In this document: piece after piece, positions 56,906 to 64,000 of the stretch | Layout of the letters: each line of letters begins with the position of its first letter | Numbering within the stretch: the first letter of the stretch is position 1 | Virus record (IMG/VR): IMGVR_UViG_3300025133_009669 | Location: 1 to 64,000 of that record | Origin: a virus | Length of the DNA stretch: 64,000 nucleotides | Strand: one strand, 5' to 3' | The notes under the pieces: generated by a model | The model's input: the letters and a program-made list of their open reading frames with translations, nothing else | The model's database searches: none | What the model was told of the DNA's origin: nothing | Translations under genes and position numbers: made by a program

Positions 56906-57263
56906 CGTAGTGGCTTTGTCTGGAACGATAATTAGCCTTAGAGATTCGCTACGCAAACTAGACGCACATTTGCGCAAAGTTTACATGCTTGGAGCAGAAG
57001 GTTTGGATAAAAATCTGTTGGCCAAAGATCTAGTGAAGGCAGACGGCCTACTTTTGGGGACAGAGACTTCTCTGGAAGGTCACTTAAAAAAAGTAAGAGC
57101 TGTTGAGCTAAGAAAGCAGGCCAAAAGCTTTTATGCTGAAGAAAAGTTTTTGATTGACAAAGGATGCTGTGCCGACCTTGAGTATTGCGATATTGCATCA
57201 ACATGGTTTACGGCAGCTACAGCATTAGAGGTCGAAGCCGATAGACTAGAGGGTAATAAATGA
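56889..57263 (+). CDS. Hypothetical protein
   Basis: GGAGG RBS; overlapping array. Confidence 0.6.
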   Translation: MSDRNDVVALSGTIISLRDSLRKLDAHLRKVYMLGAEGLDKNLLAKDLVKADGLLLGTETSLEGHLKKVRAVELRKQAKSFYAEEKFLIDKGCCADLEYCDIASTWFTAATALEVEADRLEGNK

Positions 57264-57799
57264 ACAAGGAAATTACAAAGTTAATATTAAAACTAAGAAA
57301 GGCTGTAGAAGGAGAAGTCTCTGGCCAGCATCCAATGCTAAATCGTGTGGCTTGGAATAAAGTCGAAGACTCTTTTTCGGCTATGTTTTCTCAGAATCAG
57401 CAAAAATATGGAAGAGATCCTCGCTTAGATCCTATAGGGGCGAAAGTTAGGAAGACTTTGAACGATCGTAATGAGAAAGAGATTATTCTTAACGCTCAGC
57501 GTTCCGAAATAGAAGATGCTCATTTAGCTCTTGATGCAGAAGGAGTTCCTCGCAAGCATCAAGATGACGAGGGAACTCCAATGGGATTCTCTCTTAAGCA
57601 GCGGATCAATCTTCTTCTGGATAGAAAAAGAGAGGAGCATGGGGACAACCTTAAGGAGTAAACGGCAAGAGCCTGTGCAGAAGCGCTGAAAGAAATTGCC
57701 TCTAGATTCAAGACAGATCACTACCTATGGCCATCAGCGGAAGTAGCTGATTGGATATATAAGAAGTCTGAATTCCTCATAAAAAAGGAAGAGAGATGA
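57260..57799 (+). pseudogene. Hypothetical gene probably interrupted by an in-frame TAA (57659-57661)
   Basis: Frame stays open 45 more codons to TGA 57797-99, which overlaps the next ATG. Confidence 0.45.
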
Positions 57800-58155
57800 C
57801 ATTCGGACAAAAGGAAATAGATGAAATTTATAATTTGCTATCGGAGCTGAACTCTAGTAAATGGGAGCGGGTAGCGGAACGCCTTGCAGATGAAGGTCCT
57901 GATATAATTGCTGCTCTTTTAAATAAGGTTGAGTCTCTAAAAGAAGAGCGGGACGCATGGATGGAGACTGCGAGGCAAGAGTCCAGAAATAGAGATTATT
58001 ACAGAGGCCTTCTTGAGAAAACATCGTCTTATCTTGGCGTAGCTATTTTTACGCAAGATGATAGAGGCATATCCGAGAGCCCTCCTCTCTCCAAAGTTCC
58101 AGAGCTAGTCAAAGATCTCAGTTTGCAGACTGGAGGATTATCAAATGAACGATAA
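57796..58155 (+). CDS. Hypothetical protein
   Basis: ERDAWMETARQESRNRDYYRGLL coiled segment; packed array. Confidence 0.6.
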   Translation: MTFGQKEIDEIYNLLSELNSSKWERVAERLADEGPDIIAALLNKVESLKEERDAWMETARQESRNRDYYRGLLEKTSSYLGVAIFTQDDRGISESPPLSKVPELVKDLSLQTGGLSNER

Positions 58156-58573
58156 AGATCAATATAGTCTTATGAAAGAATATCTGGAAAGCAATAGGCC
58201 GGAAGAAGAGTTTCCAACTGGAACTCTCATGGGAGGGCCAAGGCATGACTTTGAAAAAGATGAGGTAAGGCGTTTGCGTCTTGAGTTAAAAGATCTTCGT
58301 GCTTCACATTCCTACCTGTGCGATCGCATTAACGAAATAGCAGAAGAGATAGGCCCAAAAGAGTCTGAAGGTATGTACGGGATCTGCAATCTTTTAAATG
58401 GCGCACTAGCGGCCTCTTCTTGGGCACCTTTTCTTGAGCGAAGTGAAAATGACATTAAGGCAGAAGCATTGATGGAAGCCGCTAAAGATGCCGAGCCCAT
58501 GAAAGATGGAGCCGGGATAAATGCAATGATCGATTGGCTTCGCTCTAGGGCGGCAGTAATCAAAAAGGGCTAA
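58145..58573 (+). CDS. Hypothetical protein
   Basis: GGAGG RBS. Confidence 0.6.
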   Translation: MNDKDQYSLMKEYLESNRPEEEFPTGTLMGGPRHDFEKDEVRRLRLELKDLRASHSYLCDRINEIAEEIGPKESEGMYGICNLLNGALAASSWAPFLERSENDIKAEALMEAAKDAEPMKDGAGINAMIDWLRSRAAVIKKG

Positions 58574-58589
58574 GCCCAGAGGAGAGGAT

Positions 58590-59297
58590 ATGAGTGATCT
58601 ATATGGGGGAGAGAGAGTAATCGTTGATGCCTGCAACATATGCGGGGCGCCTATATATGATTTCGCTATATGGTATGGAATTACTCCCCCACCACGTCAA
58701 TATAGCTGCCTCTGCAGAGGCAACAAGTTGGATGTGCAGTTAATGGAATTTCTTCGAAATTCATATCCAAAGAAGGAAAAGCCTCCTATGGCCTGGGAGT
58801 GTTCTCGCTGCAATGCTATTAACGCTCCACATGTAAGCTCTTGCTCTTGCACCGCCTTGGATGATTCCGACCTAGAAAATGGTGACGATGAGGGCTTAGA
58901 TGTAGTTAGATTTAATCATGAATTTCATGATCAAGTTTGCATTCACTGTAATTTATCTGACCTTTGCGAGGAAACAGAGTGCCCGGCGTTGCTAAGAGAT
59001 GAGGTAGAGCGCTTGTTTGACTTCAATGAAAGCGGCTTAATGTGTTCTAAGCATTGGATTCATCCGTCAAAATGTTGTTCTGGATCATACTCAACACGCC
59101 TTGTCAGCCAGGGCCTCTCTGGGAGGCTGGACAAGCTTCAAGGAAAGCTCAATATAGCCAAGCCTTTGCTAGAAGAGATTCAGAAGACACTGAGACTAAT
59201 AGAATCTGGTGTCATCCCTTTTCATAGGGTTCCTCGAAAAACTGCCCCACTATTGCTAGGGCTAATTACTGTTGCCTTAGCGAAAATGGAAGAATAG
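58590..59297 (+). CDS. Cys-rich hypothetical protein (several zinc-ribbon motifs)
   Basis: CNICG, WECSRCNAINAPHVSSCSC, CIHC...ECP. Confidence 0.6.
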   Translation: MSDLYGGERVIVDACNICGAPIYDFAIWYGITPPPRQYSCLCRGNKLDVQLMEFLRNSYPKKEKPPMAWECSRCNAINAPHVSSCSCTALDDSDLENGDDEGLDVVRFNHEFHDQVCIHCNLSDLCEETECPALLRDEVERLFDFNESGLMCSKHWIHPSKCCSGSYSTRLVSQGLSGRLDKLQGKLNIAKPLLEEIQKTLRLIESGVIPFHRVPRKTAPLLLGLITVALAKMEE

Positions 59298-59301
59298 TAA
59301 A

Positions 59302-59610
59302 ATGGCCAGAATATCTGTCTGCAATCGCCATGCAGCCCTTGTCTGTCTGTCGCGCATTAGGCTCTCTTTTAATGGCACAAGCGGTTTTCTGAGGCCTAAT
59401 CAGGTTAGGATTTTGAGCCCCTGTCAGCTTTGCAATAATTCTATTGCAACAGAATATGGTCCGCATGAAAAAGATCCGGACGCTTTGCCGGCGACCTTGA
59501 TGATTTTTGAGCATGGCTTTTTTCAAGATGCTGGAGCTGTTAACAGCCAGATGGATATAATGCAAGACGCAGCTGATTTGGCAAAATCAATTATTTTTAA
59601 AAGATATTAA
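59302..59610 (+). CDS. Hypothetical protein
   Basis: 102-aa ORF filling the gap. Confidence 0.45.
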   Translation: MARISVCNRHAALVCLSRIRLSFNGTSGFLRPNQVRILSPCQLCNNSIATEYGPHEKDPDALPATLMIFEHGFFQDAGAVNSQMDIMQDAADLAKSIIFKRY

Positions 59611-59639
59611 TATTTTGTTATAAATCGCAAAGGAATATC

Positions 59640-61907
59640 ATGTTTAAAATTTCATCTGAAAACTCAGAAGAGAGAAGAGCGTACGCTCTTCTTGGCTTTC
59701 TTTCAAAGCTGACGGAAGACTTCGGAAGCTTTGTTTCGCCAAGTGGCAAGAGCGTAAAGATCGCGGATCATATTTATGTCGTCGGAGGAGCAGTTAGAAA
59801 CTACTTAATCAATAAGCCTGTTAAGGATATAGATATAGTTATTGACGCAGTGAATTTGAGTGTTGACGGAAAAAGGCGAGATGCAAAGTGGCTTGCTGAT
59901 TTAATCGTGAAAAATTCTCCAAAAGAAGGCTGTGTAGAGAGAAGTCCTCCGAATAACTTTGGAGTAGAACTTGTTCATGTTAAAGGCGATTGGTTTATAG
60001 ACGGAGTAAATCTTAAAGGCGAGGATATCGAAATTGCTTATGCTAGAACGGAAACGTATAAGCCGGGAGGCTTTAAGCCTGATCATGTAGAGAAAGCTAC
60101 AATAGAAGAAGATTCGCTAAGGCGAGAGTTTACTGTAAACACTTTGTTGTGGAAGTTTTCGGATCTAAAGGAAAAGGGCCCGAGCAAAGAAATCGTAATA
60201 GATCCTCTTGGAGTTGGACTCAGAGATCTAGAGAATAATGTTTTGGATACGCCATTGGATCCCAAGCAAACCTTTAAAGATGACTCTACTCGAATGATGC
60301 GAGTAATGAAGTTTCAGTTTAAATATGGATTCGATGTTGCACCTAGAGTAACAGAAGCTCTCCGATCTAATCCAGAATACATAAGAAACGCAGAACCTAA
60401 CGTCTTGGCCGACTTGCTGAAGAATACCATCTTAAATCAAGACAGATATCTAGATGCCCTCGAAGAGATGAAGAGTAATCTAATCCTTGAGGAAATAGTT
60501 CAGCTCTTAGATGAAAATGAAGCGTTTAGAGCTTCGATTATGAGCTGGATCCATGATAAAAAAGATTTAAACTTCTTATTTGACCTCTTGGATTACGGTC
60601 TGCCCGTTGGTGATAAGATTTCTTTTTTACCGGAAGAAGAGCGGTTTATGTTTAGAACAAATATCAAAGGCCTACCAAAATTTGATCAGTACGAATATTT
60701 GCGAGGACTGAAGAGCCCTGGAAACTTGATTAAAGATAAGTCATTTTTTATGACGCTTTATAACTCCGCAAAAGAGTTAAGTCCAGACTTATCTAGAGCA
60801 GAATTTAATGCAAATTATTATCAACCGGAGGCAAAGAGGGTTCTTCTGAACAAACCAGAAGTAGCCTTCTCTCCGGAGGCCCTCAGAAAAGAGGTAGAGG
60901 ACGCAGTTATGAAAAAGATAGATTTGAATCCGGCCATAAGAGGCGGCTTTGTAGATGTAAGGCTGGATAAGTTGGCAGGCTATCTATACAACATAAAGCA
61001 GGAACAATACGCAAATTCAACTCTTCTTTTAAAGACTTCGGGAACTAACTATGAAGAGGAGTTAAGTAGAATGATTCCGCAGGGCAGTGGAGATATTTAT
61101 GTCTTTGATATGGACGACACCTTGTTCTGGACTCCTGATTGGGCAGACCATGTTGCTTTAAGCGAAGAGAATGTTGCAGTAAGTGTATCAGAAGAGTATC
61201 CAATGATATTCGGAAAGGCAATCAGCCTTATAAATAAGATTAATTCAACTCCAGAAAATTACGTGCGAAAAAATAAAGATGGTACCATTAACGAGTCTTT
61301 GCTAGAAAGAGCAAGGGCATTTCTTCCATTTTCTTTGCGAAAGAAGATTGTCGACATCCCTGTATTAGGCAAAAAAAACCAAACAATATTTGTACTTACC
61401 GCAGGCAATGGAAGCGAGGTCTCTATTAATGATTATAAGGAACTATTTTCATCAAAAAACCAAAAACTTTTTGATATGCGAGCAAAGTATTATCCTAATG
61501 CAGTTGTAATTACTGGTGATCCGAATTTCTACAAAATACCAGAAACACTTGGAACGATTCCAAATGATGAGATTATCCCCATCTATAGAGAGCACGCTGC
61601 GAACTCTTATGTCCTAACTGCAAGAGAGGCCGCGCAGGGGATGTCAGAAGGAGTTATAAGCAGATTAGCCTCTCTGGGGCTTCCTGCTCCGCTAAAAGTT
61701 TTTACAAGACCTGCTGGCATGTCTGGTAGCGAATACAAAGGCTATGTAATAGGTGAGCTCGCAAAGCAGCCTAAAATCACAAGTATAACATTTTACGATG
61801 ACAATAAAAGATATATAAATGGCATCCGCAAGATTTTGAGAGAAAACTATTTCGAATTTGAAGACAAAGTAACTCTAAATCTAGTAAGCATTGAGGCTAA
61901 ACCGTAA
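59640..61907 (+). CDS. tRNA nucleotidyltransferase (class II CCA/poly(A) polymerase family) fused to a C-terminal HAD phosphatase
   Basis: YVVGGAVRN...KDIDIV, ARTETY, EEDSLRREFTVN, FKDDSTRMMR; then IYVFDMDDTLFWTP, VLTAR, EYK, FYDDN. Confidence 0.82.
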   Translation: MFKISSENSEERRAYALLGFLSKLTEDFGSFVSPSGKSVKIADHIYVVGGAVRNYLINKPVKDIDIVIDAVNLSVDGKRRDAKWLADLIVKNSPKEGCVERSPPNNFGVELVHVKGDWFIDGVNLKGEDIEIAYARTETYKPGGFKPDHVEKATIEEDSLRREFTVNTLLWKFSDLKEKGPSKEIVIDPLGVGLRDLENNVLDTPLDPKQTFKDDSTRMMRVMKFQFKYGFDVAPRVTEALRSNPEYIRNAEPNVLADLLKNTILNQDRYLDALEEMKSNLILEEIVQLLDENEAFRASIMSWIHDKKDLNFLFDLLDYGLPVGDKISFLPEEERFMFRTNIKGLPKFDQYEYLRGLKSPGNLIKDKSFFMTLYNSAKELSPDLSRAEFNANYYQPEAKRVLLNKPEVAFSPEALRKEVEDAVMKKIDLNPAIRGGFVDVRLDKLAGYLYNIKQEQYANSTLLLKTSGTNYEEELSRMIPQGSGDIYVFDMDDTLFWTPDWADHVALSEENVAVSVSEEYPMIFGKAISLINKINSTPENYVRKNKDGTINESLLERARAFLPFSLRKKIVDIPVLGKKNQTIFVLTAGNGSEVSINDYKELFSSKNQKLFDMRAKYYPNAVVITGDPNFYKIPETLGTIPNDEIIPIYREHAANSYVLTAREAAQGMSEGVISRLASLGLPAPLKVFTRPAGMSGSEYKGYVIGELAKQPKITSITFYDDNKRYINGIRKILRENYFEFEDKVTLNLVSIEAKP

Positions 61908-62440
61908 TGATAAAATCACTTAATGAAGTAAAAGATTTCATGAGAAAAGAATCTGTTGAAGAAGAAATGGCCGAAAGAATCGAGCGTCTGATCGAGAAGG
62001 TTTCTTCGAAAAAGAACAGGAAGCCTATTTATATTGCTGCTTTTCTAACAAATGAAGGTCAAAATGATTTGAAAAATTGGTGGGAATCAAACGTAAGAAA
62101 ACCTTTGCACTCAAAATCTTTTATGCACCATATGACAATTAAGCTTAAGCCTTCAATGGAAGAAGTTTTAGCCCTATCTATCGGAGAAGAAGTAGGCCTT
62201 TCGATTGTAGGGTTTGGAGAAGATGAGCAAGGTCAGGCCGTAGCAATATCTACGCATATTCCTGTCGCTGCAAACATTCCGCATATTACTGTCTCTACAG
62301 CAGAAGGTGTAAGTCCAGTTTATTCGAATAAGCTTTTGGAAAATAATTTCAAAGAAATTAGTGGACCAACGCTTATGGCGCGAATAGGATATTGGAATGG
62401 AAAAGAGGCTAAATTCGACTATCCAGAGGTCAACGAGTAG
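61907..62440 (+). CDS. 2H phosphoesterase (cyclic phosphodiesterase-like)
   Basis: Two HxT motifs (HHMTI, PHITVS) and VYSNKLL; TAATG coupling to the CCA gene. Confidence 0.72.
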   Translation: MIKSLNEVKDFMRKESVEEEMAERIERLIEKVSSKKNRKPIYIAAFLTNEGQNDLKNWWESNVRKPLHSKSFMHHMTIKLKPSMEEVLALSIGEEVGLSIVGFGEDEQGQAVAISTHIPVAANIPHITVSTAEGVSPVYSNKLLENNFKEISGPTLMARIGYWNGKEAKFDYPEVNE

Positions 62441-62452
62441 GGCTGTTGAGTT

Positions 62453-62995
62453 ATGAAGCTCTCTGTCGGCTCAAATCTAAAAGAATTTCTTTTCTTATCT
62501 CTAGAAAACTCCATTCAAGAACAAGAACTGTCTCTTCCTATTGAAATAAGGCATTATATCTTAGAGCTTCTGCTCTCAGTGAAGCTCTGTCTTCCTTTTG
62601 ATGAACTGACTACTTTGTCAGAGACATATCTGGTTGCAAAAAGTAAAAAATATAATTTTCAAAAAATAAATTTTTACAAAAAACTAGGAGACGCAACCAT
62701 AGTCAGAGCAGGACTATTCCCAGAAAGCCTTAATCGTAGCGTAGGGGCTGAATATTATAGAAATATGGGAATTTTAGGATATAAAGAGACATATATATAT
62801 TCGAAAAATAAAATTTATGATAATTTATCAGCGAATTATGATATATGCATTGATGCGATACATGGGATTAATATCCTCTCAATAAAGAATGATGTTATAA
62901 AGCTTTATAACTTTTGGGAGAAAACAAATAGTAGAGCTGCAAAGAAAAGACTTGCAAAATTGGGGCTTGTGAATACGGGGGAGATAATAGAATGA
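62453..62995 (+). CDS. Hypothetical protein of probable host origin
   Basis: LGDATIVRAGLFPESLNR...YYRNMG...Y resembles an uncharacterised bacterial family (from recall). Confidence 0.6.
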   Translation: MKLSVGSNLKEFLFLSLENSIQEQELSLPIEIRHYILELLLSVKLCLPFDELTTLSETYLVAKSKKYNFQKINFYKKLGDATIVRAGLFPESLNRSVGAEYYRNMGILGYKETYIYSKNKIYDNLSANYDICIDAIHGINILSIKNDVIKLYNFWEKTNSRAAKKRLAKLGLVNTGEIIE

Positions 62996-63014
62996 AAAAA
63001 AACGAAAATTCTCA

Positions 63015-63221
63015 ATGAAATTCTTTAAGGAACATCTTGAAGATATTGACGAATCTTATTTTAAGCATATGGTGTATGCTATAAGCTATAGCTTAAACCT
63101 TTTCCTAGCAGGAGCCTGCTGCATGCTTCACGCCTTTTTTCCATTTTTATGTAAAGAAATAACTTCTGACATCATTAGCAGTATAAATGAATCTATAAAA
63201 TATAGGGGAGATGAACAGTAA
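63015..63221 (+). CDS. Small membrane protein (DUF6356-like)
   Basis: HLEDIDESYFKHM...HAFFPFL. Confidence 0.6.
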   Translation: MKFFKEHLEDIDESYFKHMVYAISYSLNLFLAGACCMLHAFFPFLCKEITSDIISSINESIKYRGDEQ

Positions 63222-63223
63222 AC

Positions 63224-63793
63224 ATGAATAAACCAAGTACAAATGTTGAGAGCAATGAACAGATATCGCCTCCTAAGTTATTAAACATTGTTTATGGACC
63301 GCATTCTACCTTGAAAACAAAAAGCGCCCCAGTAGAAGACCATGAATTTGGTGAGGCTTTGGATAATTTTACCAAACTTATGCAGATAACAATGGCCAGC
63401 TTAAGTGGCGCAGGGCTGGCCGCAGTTCAGGTTGGTCTTCTTAAAAGAATGTTTGTTGCAAATATTAAAGGCAATGAAATTGTGATGGTCAACCCAGAGA
63501 TTATCGATTCATCAGAAGAAATGGTTGCAACCCAAGAAGGTTGCCTCTCTCTTCCCTTGTATCGTTTTGGAGCTACAAGGCATAAGACTATTACCGTTAA
63601 GTTTCAAGATACATTTGGAAATGAACTTGAAGAAGCCTATTCGGATGAAGAGGCTGTCGTTATTCAGCATGAAATGGAGCATTTAGACGGAATAACCCTT
63701 TTGGATAAAGTAAGCAGGCTTAAGCAGGACATATATAAAAGAAAATTCAAAAAGCTTAAGAAGAGAATGAGCAGGAAGCCTTTGGGCGGGTAA
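63224..63793 (+). CDS. def: Peptide deformylase
   Basis: GAGLAAVQVG, EGCLSLP, QHEMEHLDG. Confidence 0.95.
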   Translation: MNKPSTNVESNEQISPPKLLNIVYGPHSTLKTKSAPVEDHEFGEALDNFTKLMQITMASLSGAGLAAVQVGLLKRMFVANIKGNEIVMVNPEIIDSSEEMVATQEGCLSLPLYRFGATRHKTITVKFQDTFGNELEEAYSDEEAVVIQHEMEHLDGITLLDKVSRLKQDIYKRKFKKLKKRMSRKPLGG

Positions 63794-63799
63794 GCAAAA

Positions 63800-64000
63800 A
63801 TGTCATTTGATAAATATTCAGACCAACATACCGTAAGAATTGGCGCTGCCACAGCAACATCTCCTGCTGCAGCAGGAGATTATCTTATAAACACGGAAAA
63901 TGATTTAATCTTAGAAGCAAATAACAACCTAACAGTAAGATCTGATGATACAATTGTCATTCAATCTGGAAGCGGCAGCGCCAATCTTACTTCTAATTTA
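63800..64000 (+). CDS. Partial ORF running off the window (beta-strand-rich, possibly structural)
   Basis: ATG 63800, open to the end: MSFDKYSDQHTVRIGAATATSPAAAGDYLINTENDLILEANNNLTVRSDDTIVIQSGSG... Confidence 0.55.
   Translation, partial: MSFDKYSDQHTVRIGAATATSPAAAGDYLINTENDLILEANNNLTVRSDDTIVIQSGSGSANLTSNL

Noticed and set aside
16988-59615. Recurrent TAATA-containing motif upstream of several genes as a phage late promoter
   Set aside because: Seen near 16990, 29272, 48027, 51962 and 59608, but too short and AT-rich to distinguish from chance without statistics
523-63852. Many short antisense or alternate-frame ORFs in the track (e.g. 11035-11400, 31747-32112, 51508-51942)
   Set aside because: They lie wholly within well-supported genes and lack recognisable motifs; treated as shadow ORFs
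1-64000. Genome-wide stop-codon reassignment (TAG or TGA recoding)
   Set aside because: Genes are long and tightly packed under the standard code; TAG ends GlmS at its conserved C-terminus (SVE) and TGA stops overlap the next starts
1-64000. tRNA or rRNA genes
   Set aside because: Intergenic spaces are short and none showed a cloverleaf or T-loop pattern by eye

Overview
Nearly all genes lie on the + strand and are tightly packed. No ribosomal, tRNA, rRNA or CRISPR features were seen. The content fits a segment of a large (jumbo/huge) bacteriophage genome read with the standard genetic code; this is an inference, since no clear capsid or terminase gene is in the window. (1) About 1-20.9 kb is a glycan biosynthesis/modification island: GT2/GT4 transferases, WbpB/E/D-like enzymes, GlmS, Gmd, methyl-, acetyl- and sulfotransferases, and an enolase/flavoprotein/ATP-grasp/deacetylase block. 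It ends in one ORF fusing a GT4 glycosyltransferase to a tubulin/FtsZ-family GTPase, followed by an amidase. (2) A replication block has an intein-containing SF2 helicase, an Hfq/Sm-like protein, a DnaC-like loader and a DnaB-like helicase. (3) A PrkA(YeaG)-YeaH-SpoVR operon carries an inserted endonuclease and an intein, and is followed by a stand-alone diadenylate cyclase. (4) A class II-like ribonucleotide reductase is split into two genes joined by a naturally split intein. (5) PIN-PhoH, a LysM cell-wall hydrolase, a protease, dUTPase, intein-containing topoisomerase IA and an HNH endonuclease follow. (6) A partly decaying run of small hypothetical genes. (7) A putative tRNA 3'-end repair module (CCA-adding enzyme fused to a HAD phosphatase, plus a 2H phosphoesterase) and peptide deformylase. 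All family calls come from motif recognition by eye; no database searches were run.
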